From an uncultured Oscillospiraceae bacterium (GTDB taxonomy: Bacteria; Bacillota; Clostridia; Oscillospirales; Oscillospiraceae), in the NCBI GenBank assembly GCA_947626845.1, contig CANQTW010000009.1:1850-65849 (forward strand): a stretch of DNA of 64,000 nt, read 5' to 3'. The position numbers were made by a program, and so were the translations under genes. Shown piece after piece: positions 57,450 to 64,000 of this stretch (its first letter is position 1; every line of letters starts with the position of its first letter). The notes beneath the pieces were generated by a model that worked only from the letters and a program-made list of their open reading frames with translations, had not been told where the DNA came from and did no database searches.

Positions 57450-58418
57450 TTACGCCTTGCCGGCACAGCCAAGGACGTCGATGAGCTTATGGGTCACGAT
57501 GGCCTTGATGTTGGCGCGGGCGGGGGTCAGATACTGGCGCGGGTCGAAATGATCCGGATGATCCGCGAAATACTTGCGGATGGAGCCGGTCATAGCCAGG
57601 CGAAGATCGGAGTCGATGTTGATCTTGCACACGGAGAGGGTGGCGGCTTTTCTGAGCTGTTCCTCCGGGATGCCCACGGCGTCGGGCATCCTGCCGCCGT
57701 TTTCGTTGATCATCTTCACAAACTCCTGGGGCACGCTGGAGGAGCCGTGGAGCACGATGGGGAATCCGGGCAGGCGGCGGGAGACCTCCTCAAGGATGTC
57801 GAACCGCAGCGGAGGGGGCACAAGGACGCCCTGCTCGTTGCGGGTGCACTGGGCGGCGGTGAATTTGTAAGCGCCGTGGCTGGTGCCGATGGCGATGGCA
57901 AGGGAGTCGCAACCGGTCTTCTGGACGAACTCCTCCACCTCCTCCGGGCGGGTGTAGCTGGAGTCCTCGGCGGAGACGTTGACCTCGTCCTCCACGCCGG
58001 CCAGGGAGCCAAGCTCGGCCTCCACCACAACGCCGTGGTCATGGGCGTACTCCACCACCTTGCGGGTGATCTCGATATTCTCCTTGAAGGGCTTGGAGCT
58101 GGCGTCGATCATGACGGAGGTGAAGCCGCCGTCGATGCAGGATTTGCAGGTCTCGAAGTCGGGGCCGTGGTCAAGGTGCAGGGCGATGGGAATCTCCGGA
58201 CACTCGATGACGGCGGCCTCCACCAGCTTCACAAGGTAGGTGTGGTTGGCGTAGGCGCGGGCGCCCTTGCTGACCTGAAGGATCAGGGGCGCGTGCTGTT
58301 CACGGGCGGCCTCGGTGATGCCCTGAACGATCTCCATGTTGTTCACGTTGAAGGCGCCTACGGCGTAACCGCCGTCATAGGCCTTTTTGAACATCTCGGT
58401 GGTGGTAACTAAAGGCAT
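57450..58418 (-). CDS. fba: class II fructose-1,6-bisphosphate aldolase
   Basis: MPLVTTTEMFKKAYDGGYAVGAFNVNN.., LHLDHG and HGSS motifs. Confidence 0.9.
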   Translation of the reverse strand: MPLVTTTEMFKKAYDGGYAVGAFNVNNMEIVQGITEAAREQHAPLILQVSKGARAYANHTYLVKLVEAAVIECPEIPIALHLDHGPDFETCKSCIDGGFTSVMIDASSKPFKENIEITRKVVEYAHDHGVVVEAELGSLAGVEDEVNVSAEDSSYTRPEEVEEFVQKTGCDSLAIAIGTSHGAYKFTAAQCTRNEQGVLVPPPLRFDILEEVSRRLPGFPIVLHGSSSVPQEFVKMINENGGRMPDAVGIPEEQLRKAATLSVCKINIDSDLRLAMTGSIRKYFADHPDHFDPRQYLTPARANIKAIVTHKLIDVLGCAGKA

Positions 58419-58461
58419 AATGATCACTCCTATGTAGAGAATTTGGGTCTACAACAGGTCT

Positions 58462-58489
58462 ATTATACCATATCGCGCCGTCAATTCAA
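58462..58489 (-). promoter_or_regulatory. promoter of fba
   Basis: Minus strand: TTGAAT - 16 nt - TGgTATAAT. Confidence 0.5.
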
Positions 58490-58500
58490 GACTAAAAATC

Positions 58501-58542
58501 AAAAAATGACCGGCCCGCCGTGAATTTGCGCGGCGAGCCGGT
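58501..58542 (-). terminator. terminator after the second sigma / membrane-protein operon
   Basis: Minus strand: ACCGGCTCGCCG-cgcaaattca-CGGCGGGCCGGT followed by CATTTTTT. Confidence 0.65.
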
Positions 58543-58551
58543 ATGGATGCC

Positions 58552-60084
58552 TCAATCGGCCTTCGCTTTGACCTCCAGGAAATATATCTCCCCGGTGAGA
58601 TCGACGGTTTTAATACCATTTTTCAGGTCAAAGCCGAAATTCTGGCGGATGATCTCGATTTTTCCCCGATCCTCTAAGGTGGCGGATTGGTTGGTGAAAG
58701 CCAGATTCGAGCCCAGGCGGGTGGCCAGCTCGTACTCCGCCCCGCCGACGCTCCCGCGGGCGTGGAAGGGGTCGCTGCTGCCCGTCTTGTGAAGCTCCGC
58801 CGTCAGGGTGACGGACGCCCCCGCCGGAACGGTGATCTCCGCCTCCAGCCACATCACCCGATCCACGCTTGCCACCTCGGAAAACCATAGGTCTCCGCCG
58901 CGATACCGCTCCTTCGGCTCCCGCGCCAGGGGCCCGTCGGTGACGAGCCACAGCTTGAATTGGCCGTAGACCGTCTCGAAGTCCGGCCGGCCGTCCTGTC
59001 CGTCATAGCTCCCGTACTGCTCCAGCGCCAGGGCGCGCAGATATTCCTCCAGGTCCACCTCACGTCTTGTGATCGTGGCTCCCGCCTCCATGGGCTGGGC
59101 CTCTTTCTCGGCCACGGCGGTGAAGCCCTCTATTTTTACTTCCCCCACGTCCTCCCCCACGACAAGGAGCGTCCTGTGTCCGTCGTCCTTGTAAGAACCG
59201 CTCGTCTCGCCGGGGATGCCGTATAGGAGGCACATCCATCCCTCATCGCCGTCCAGGCTCCAGCCGGAAAAGCCGCCGGTGTACAAAAGCCTTGTTTTGG
59301 CGTAGTCCAGGGGGAAGGTGATGTGGAGGACAGGCCGCGGCGCCTCCTGCCCCTCCGTTAGGGTATACCAGGGGTCCGTCAGGTCGTAGACCCAGGCCGT
59401 GACGCCGGTGAAATCGGGATAAGGGCTTTCGGCGGCGGCAAAGTAGCTCCCGTCGGCCAGCAGGTCCCGGTAATCCTCCCAGAAATCGGGGTAGTTCATG
59501 TTGACGCTGCCGCCCAGCTCGTCCCCGCCGATACTCCCCTTCCAGGCCCCCTCGTAGCCGCCGGCGTAATATCCGGCCAGGAGGGTCGTTTCCAGCTCCA
59601 CGCCGTCCAGGGTCAGGACGGGCCGGCGGCGGCTCACCTCATAGAACCGCCCGATGAAGGGGTAGAGCGCCCGCACGGTCCGATCCTCGCCGGAGGTGTT
59701 TTGCAGGGTATAGCTGTCCCGTATCAGCAGCTCCGTGCCGTCCATGTCCCAGCCGGCGAAGTCCAGGGTGACGGACCGCTCCGCGCTGATGTCCTCCTGA
59801 TCGTCCCGAAGGGTCAGGGGCAGGACCGGCCCCTCGTAAAGAAGGAAGCTCCGGGGTTCGTCCCCCTTGCCGCCCACGTTTGATTCGCCGGATTGGCCGC
59901 CGATGGGAAGGAAGTAGAAAGCGCCCACGCCGATCACCGCCACCGCGGCGCAGGCGGCCAGGGTCTTGACCAGCCGGCGGGGCCAGCGGCGGCGCCTTCT
60001 CGCCCGATCCTCCGCCGCCTCCAGGATCAGTTCTTCCTCCAGGCCGCCCAGGGCGGCCAGTAAATACGCGCATCTTTCACTCAT
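58552..60084 (-). CDS. single-pass membrane protein cotranslated with an ECF sigma factor (putative anti-sigma/sensor)
   Basis: ATGA overlap with the sigma gene. N-terminal LLAALGGLEEELILEAA motif, a TM helix and a large extracytoplasmic domain. Confidence 0.55.
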   Translation of the reverse strand: MSERCAYLLAALGGLEEELILEAAEDRARRRRRWPRRLVKTLAACAAVAVIGVGAFYFLPIGGQSGESNVGGKGDEPRSFLLYEGPVLPLTLRDDQEDISAERSVTLDFAGWDMDGTELLIRDSYTLQNTSGEDRTVRALYPFIGRFYEVSRRRPVLTLDGVELETTLLAGYYAGGYEGAWKGSIGGDELGGSVNMNYPDFWEDYRDLLADGSYFAAAESPYPDFTGVTAWVYDLTDPWYTLTEGQEAPRPVLHITFPLDYAKTRLLYTGGFSGWSLDGDEGWMCLLYGIPGETSGSYKDDGHRTLLVVGEDVGEVKIEGFTAVAEKEAQPMEAGATITRREVDLEEYLRALALEQYGSYDGQDGRPDFETVYGQFKLWLVTDGPLAREPKERYRGGDLWFSEVASVDRVMWLEAEITVPAGASVTLTAELHKTGSSDPFHARGSVGGAEYELATRLGSNLAFTNQSATLEDRGKIEIIRQNFGFDLKNGIKTVDLTGEIYFLEVKAKAD

Positions 60085-60638
60085 AAGACGATCCCCTCCT
60101 TTTCCAGGGCGCGCCGGAGGCCGCCGCGCAGGCGGTTCAGCTTCTGAGCCAGCCGGTTGGCGGGGACGCCGCGGCTTTGGGCGATCTCCTTCACCGTGTC
60201 CCCGAACCAGTAGCGGCGGAGGAACAGCGCCCTGTCATCTTTGGACAGGGTCTTCAGCCACCTGTCCACCGCCTGGGCCGTCTGCCGCTCCCCGGACACC
60301 TCCTCGGCGCTGGGGGCCAGGGGCAGGCAGGCCTCCAGCTCCGGCGTCAGGGCCGTCAGCTCCCCCGCGCGAAAAGCGGCGGTATTCCCGCGCCAGCGAT
60401 CCACCGTCAGGTTGCGGGTGATCTTCAGCATATACGCCTTCAGGGACAGGGGCCGCTGGGGCGGGATGGACTCCCACAGGCGCAGCAGTACGTCGGAGAC
60501 GCACTCCTCCGCGTCCTGGTCGCTCCCCAGAAGCCTCCGGGCCAGCTCCCGACAAAGGCCGCCGTATTTCTCCGAAACCGCCGTCAGGGCGGACTCGTCC
60601 CTGGCCCAGAACAGCTCCACAAGCTTGGTATCCTCCAC
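60081..60638 (-). CDS. ECF-type sigma-70 family RNA polymerase sigma factor (paralogue of 44517-45071)
   Basis: Same motif layout as the other sigma: MED..ELF.AR.E.A......KYG..C, DAEECVSDVLLRLW, LFLRRYWFGDTVKEIA. Confidence 0.85.
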   Translation of the reverse strand: MEDTKLVELFWARDESALTAVSEKYGGLCRELARRLLGSDQDAEECVSDVLLRLWESIPPQRPLSLKAYMLKITRNLTVDRWRGNTAAFRAGELTALTPELEACLPLAPSAEEVSGERQTAQAVDRWLKTLSKDDRALFLRRYWFGDTVKEIAQSRGVPANRLAQKLNRLRGGLRRALEKEGIVL

Positions 60639-60728
60639 GCGCGCACCTCCTCAACTCGATTTGATCTGTAAAAAGGCCCTTTCACCCTGTAAGACGTATT
60701 CTGCCCGGTCCGTATTATGGGTACGGGC

Positions 60729-60766
60729 AAAAAAATTCCTCCCGTGAGGATTTTTCACACGGGAGG
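60729..60766 (-). terminator. terminator of the aminotransferase gene
   Basis: Minus strand: CCTCCCGTG-tgaaaaatcct-CACGGGAGG followed by AATTTTTTT. Confidence 0.65.
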
Positions 60767-60774
60767 AGCTGGGA

Positions 60775-61980
60775 TCAGTTGTTGGCGGCGGGCTCGTTAT
60801 GGAGGAACTTCTCCAGGCGGTCAAGGCCCTTTTTGATGTTCTCCAGGCTGGTGGCGTAGCTCCAGCGGATGTGGTCGGTGGAGCCGAAGGCCGCGCCGGG
60901 GACGGTGGCCACCAGGCCGTGCTTCAATAGGGCCTGGGCGAAGTCGGAAGAGTCGTTGATCTTCTCCCCGCACAGGGTCATGCCGAAGGTGCGGCTGACG
61001 TTCATGAAGATGTAGAAGGCGCCGTCGGGGGGCAGGCAGCTGACCAGGTCCATGGCCTCCACCCGCTTGACGAAATATTCCCGACGCCTGGCAAACTCGG
61101 CGTGCATCTTCTCCACGCACTCCTGGCTGCCCTCGTAGGCGGCGATGGAGGCGTACTGGGCGACGTTGCTGGCGTTGCCGGTGGAGTGGCTGAGATAGGT
61201 GTCCATCAGCTTGATGATCTCGGCGGGGCCGGCGGCGAAGCCGATGCGCCAGCCGGTCATGGCGTAGGTCTTGGAGACGCCGTTGACGATGACCGTGCGC
61301 TTATAGAGCTCCGGGTCGATGGCGGCGGCGGAGACGAATTTGCCGTTGTAGACAAGGGTGGCGTAAATCTCGTCATCGATGAGGTAGAGGTCGTTGTCCA
61401 CGATGACCCTGGAAAGCGCTCTCAGCTCCTCCTCGGAATAGAGCATACCGGTGGGGTTGGAGGGGTTGGTGAGGATGACGGCCTTGGTCTTCTCCGTGAC
61501 GGCCTCCTGAAGCTGACGGGGACTGATCTTGAAGCGGGTGGACTCGTCGGTCTTGAGGATGACGGGGACGGCGCCGCACATGCGAATGGCCTCCTCGTAG
61601 GTGACCCAGTAGGGCGCGGGCAGGATCACCTCGTCGCCGGGGTTCAGCATCACGCGCATGGCGATGTAGAGCACATGCTTGGCGCCGGAGGTGACACAGA
61701 TGTTTTTATTCTCGTACTTCACGCCGAAAGTCTTATCCAGATAGCCGCAGATGGCCTTCTTCAGCGGGGCCACGCCGGAGGAGGAGGTATAGTAGGATTT
61801 GTTGCCCTCAATGGCGGCGATGCCCGCGGCCTTGATGTGGTCGGGGGTATAAAAATCGGTCTCGCCGGCTCCGAAGCTGACCACGTCCACGCCCTGGGCC
61901 TTCAGCTCCTGGCTGAGAGCGTTGATGGCCAGCGTGGCGGAGGGTTTGATGGCGGAGGCGGCGGTTGATAAGCTTTTCAT
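60775..61980 (-). CDS. PLP-dependent aminotransferase, class I (aspartate aminotransferase-like)
   Basis: The SKTYAMTGWR lysine motif and NPSNPTG. Confidence 0.85.
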   Translation of the reverse strand: MKSLSTAASAIKPSATLAINALSQELKAQGVDVVSFGAGETDFYTPDHIKAAGIAAIEGNKSYYTSSSGVAPLKKAICGYLDKTFGVKYENKNICVTSGAKHVLYIAMRVMLNPGDEVILPAPYWVTYEEAIRMCGAVPVILKTDESTRFKISPRQLQEAVTEKTKAVILTNPSNPTGMLYSEEELRALSRVIVDNDLYLIDDEIYATLVYNGKFVSAAAIDPELYKRTVIVNGVSKTYAMTGWRIGFAAGPAEIIKLMDTYLSHSTGNASNVAQYASIAAYEGSQECVEKMHAEFARRREYFVKRVEAMDLVSCLPPDGAFYIFMNVSRTFGMTLCGEKINDSSDFAQALLKHGLVATVPGAAFGSTDHIRWSYATSLENIKKGLDRLEKFLHNEPAANN

Positions 61981-62017
61981 GGTGTGTTTCCCCTGTCTTA
62001 TTATTGATTTTGTAGCC

Positions 62018-62046
62018 ATTATATGCGCAATCCTGCATTTTGGCAA
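62018..62046 (-). promoter_or_regulatory. promoter of the aminotransferase gene
   Basis: Minus strand: TTGCCA - 17 nt - TATAAT. Confidence 0.5.
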
Positions 62047-62299
62047 GTGAGAAAAGGCATTTTCATATGAATATGAATTTTTACGCGGATGTCACTTTCA
62101 TAATTTGTGCATTTTAACACCTCTTTTTGGGGCTGTGCCGCTTTTCGGACGAGGGGCGGGGCAAAACCGCCGATTTTTAATCATTTTGTTGTTAATTGTA
62201 ACCATTTGTTTGTTGTAAGATAGGCCGGAACGGATTACAATATAGGTGGTGGATCATGATCCGTTTTCAGTCCCTGAACGTTTGAAGGGAGGGAGTCAG

Positions 62300-62938
62300 G
62301 TGAAAAAAGCTTCTGTGGCGATCTACGCCGTGGCCGGCCTGCTGGCCGGTGTCCTGCTGACGCTTTTCACACTCTATACCCTGATCCCGTCGCTGACGCA
62401 TGAGAAAACAGACGCGGCGCAGGACGCCGCCGCGGTGTCCAACGCGGAGCTGACCGAGGCCGCCCTGGAGACGGCGGAGAATTTGAAAAACGGCGATTTC
62501 AAGGCGCTGGCCGAAACCGTACACCCCGATTACGGCGTCGTCTTCTCCCCGTTCGCCACGGTCAATCTCGCCTCCAACCTCTCCTTTACCGCGCGGCAGG
62601 TGGAGAACTTTGAGGGCAGTTCCGCCAAGCTCATCTGGGGCGTTAGGCCCGACAGCGGCGAGCCGATCAGCATGACCGTGGGGGAATATCTGGCCAACTA
62701 CGTGACGAACAAGGACTACACCTGCGCCCCTGTGGTAACGGTAAACTATACTCTGCGGGTGGGCAACGCCCGTGAAAACGTCACCGATATCTTCCCCGGC
62801 GCTTCCTTCGTGGACCTGTGCTATCCGGGCACGGAGGGGGCGGACTACGCCGACTGGTCCATCCTGCGGCTGGTATTTGAGCCCTACGGGGATGAGCTTC
62901 GTCTGGCGGCGGTGATCCATTCCGAGGCGACGGTTTGA
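62300..62938 (+). CDS. hypothetical membrane-anchored protein
   Basis: GTG start after GGGAGGGAG. N-terminal TM helix. Confidence 0.5.
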   Translation: MKKASVAIYAVAGLLAGVLLTLFTLYTLIPSLTHEKTDAAQDAAAVSNAELTEAALETAENLKNGDFKALAETVHPDYGVVFSPFATVNLASNLSFTARQVENFEGSSAKLIWGVRPDSGEPISMTVGEYLANYVTNKDYTCAPVVTVNYTLRVGNARENVTDIFPGASFVDLCYPGTEGADYADWSILRLVFEPYGDELRLAAVIHSEATV

Positions 62939-63122
62939 CTTCAAAAAGAAAAGATTGAAAAGGAGGCGCGCGTTGCCGCGTCTTCTTTTTTTACAAAGGC
63001 TGACAGATCCGGAACATTCTGGGCGGCGTATCAAACGGGCTGTGGGCGCAAATAATAGACTCGCATTTGAATTTACGGTCTTGGCTGACTGATCAGCAAA
63101 GAGCCAAATGAGGAGGAAGAAC

Positions 63123-63548
63123 ATGAAAAAAGCGATATATATTGTTCTGGCGCTGGTCTTCGCGCTCTCTCTGGCTTCCTGCGGCGCGTCCGACGCGGAC
63201 AGGAGCGACAACACCAAGGACGGCGTTATCGGCGACGGACTTGACGATCTGGGCAAGGGCATCGGCGACGCCATGGATGACGTGGGCAACGGCATCCGCG
63301 ACGGCGTGGACGATATCACCGGAAACAACAACGCCAACGGCAACGGGACAGGAAACGGCTCCGTGGGCAACGGCACCACGGGCGGCAACGCCAACGGCAA
63401 CGGCAGCTACAGCTCCGGCAGCAGCGGCACCACCGGCATCGGCGGCGGTATGACCAACGGCGGCAGCACCGGAGCCACTTCCGACGGCGCCGGCAACGGG
63501 GCCTCCGGCTACGGCACCGGAAGCGGGAGCATGACCGGCGGACGGTAA
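63123..63548 (+). CDS. small lipoprotein with Asp-rich repeats and Gly/Asn-rich disordered tail
   Basis: Lipobox LASC, RBS GAGGAGG, and a terminator immediately downstream. Confidence 0.55.
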   Translation: MKKAIYIVLALVFALSLASCGASDADRSDNTKDGVIGDGLDDLGKGIGDAMDDVGNGIRDGVDDITGNNNANGNGTGNGSVGNGTTGGNANGNGSYSSGSSGTTGIGGGMTNGGSTGATSDGAGNGASGYGTGSGSMTGGR

Positions 63549-63553
63549 ACATT

Positions 63554-63583
63554 TCGGAAAAAGCCCTGACGGGCTTTTTCCGA
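63554..63583 (+). terminator. terminator of the Gly/Asn-rich lipoprotein gene
   Basis: TCGGAAAAAGCCC-tgac-GGGCTTTTTCCGA. Confidence 0.65.
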
Positions 63584-63597
63584 CAAGGGGAACGTGC

Positions 63598-63641
63598 GGG
63601 TAATTTTCTCTGAATTTTGCGAAATTCAGAGAAAATTACCC
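63598..63641. repeat. perfect 20-bp inverted repeat with 4-nt spacer
   Basis: GGGTAATTTTCTCTGAATTT-tgcg-AAATTCAGAGAAAATTACCC. Confidence 0.85.
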
Positions 63642-63757
63642 TGCTGTCGCCCTGCGCGCGCTGCAAAGCGGCACACTTGGGCAACAAAAGGAATTTTTTC
63701 CGACGCGCATGTCGCCGGAAAAAATATCGAATTTGAGCTTTTTGACAAATTGAAAGT

Positions 63758-63786
63758 CAGGAACAAGATTTGTTCCTGGCTTTTTT
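63758..63786 (+). terminator. orphan intrinsic terminator (no annotated upstream gene)
   Basis: CAGGAACAA-gat-TTGTTCCTG followed by GCTTTTTT. Confidence 0.5.
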
Positions 63787-63809
63787 CGGGATAAGGATTC
63801 GCTCGGAGG

Positions 63810-63838
63810 TTGACAGCTGGGGGAAAGTGAAATATACT
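63810..63838 (+). promoter_or_regulatory. promoter of folD
   Basis: TTGACA - 17 nt - TATACT, 27 nt upstream of the ATG. Confidence 0.55.
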
Positions 63839-63864
63839 GAGGAAAACGGACGGAGGGCATCTGC

Positions 63865-64000
63865 ATGGCGGAACTTCTGAAGGGCGCGCCGGTGGCGGCG
63901 GCGCTGAACGAGAAAACAAAGGCCGGAGCGGCCAGGCTTCGGGAAACAGGCGTCATCCCCACCCTGGCGCTGGTGCGCGTGGGAGAAAACGACGCGGATA
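63865..64000 (+). CDS. folD: bifunctional methylenetetrahydrofolate dehydrogenase/cyclohydrolase (only the N-terminal 45 aa lie in the window)
   Basis: MAELLKGAPVAAALNEKTKAGAARLRETGVIPTLALVRVGENDA. Confidence 0.8.
   Translation, partial: MAELLKGAPVAAALNEKTKAGAARLRETGVIPTLALVRVGENDAD

Noticed and set aside
55696-57552. Long antisense ORFs such as 55696-57552(+), 41536-42930(+), 27302-28807(+), 13891-14997(-), 16518-17540(-), 19556-20575(-), 49891-51099(+), 53465-54913(+), 62267-63400(-) and many others in the track
   Set aside because: Each lies opposite a gene with clear family motifs. Their products are Arg/Gly/Pro/His/Ala-rich with no motifs and no RBS. Long spurious ORFs like these are expected in DNA of about 60% GC.
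63594-63794. 66-aa ORF across the 20-bp inverted repeat
   Set aside because: It has a GTG start without an RBS. The frame runs through a perfect hairpin and a terminator, so it is most likely non-coding.
63640-63864. THF riboswitch upstream of folD
   Set aside because: The folD promoter leaves only about a 20-nt 5' UTR, and no THF-riboswitch consensus is visible upstream.

Overview
High-GC (about 60%) chromosomal segment that looks like a Clostridia (Oscillospiraceae/Ruminococcaceae-like) core genome, not a mobile island. I call 58 CDS, two of them cut by the window edges, and one operon of five tRNAs (Val-Asp-Phe-Gly-Cys, minus strand). Housekeeping anchors are gdpP-rplI-dnaB-tilS-hpt-ftsH (15.8-23.7 kb), asnS, recG, hppA, fba and folD. 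I saw no CRISPR array, transposase, integrase or prophage genes. Most long ORFs in the track that lie antisense to these genes are high-GC artefacts. All family assignments come from motif and sequence recall only; no database search was possible. The observations most worth follow-up: (1) two tandem terminator-like hairpins with the same loop sequence and covarying stems in the leader of a MATE efflux gene; (2) a hypB / 939-aa Fe-S flavoprotein / hypA operon with no hydrogenase genes in the window; (3) two about 80% identical near-consensus promoters with no downstream gene, each pointing into the 3' end of a convergent gene; (4) a P1B-type ATPase homologue that has lost its catalytic Asp, its GDGxND motif and its actuator domain; (5) a circularly permuted solute-binding protein in front of asnS; (6) a family of GC-rich hairpin repeats (GTAGGGGCCG...CGGCCC) in arrays that bracket one of two paralogous ECF sigma modules; (7) a chromosomal APH(3')-like gene translationally coupled to recG.
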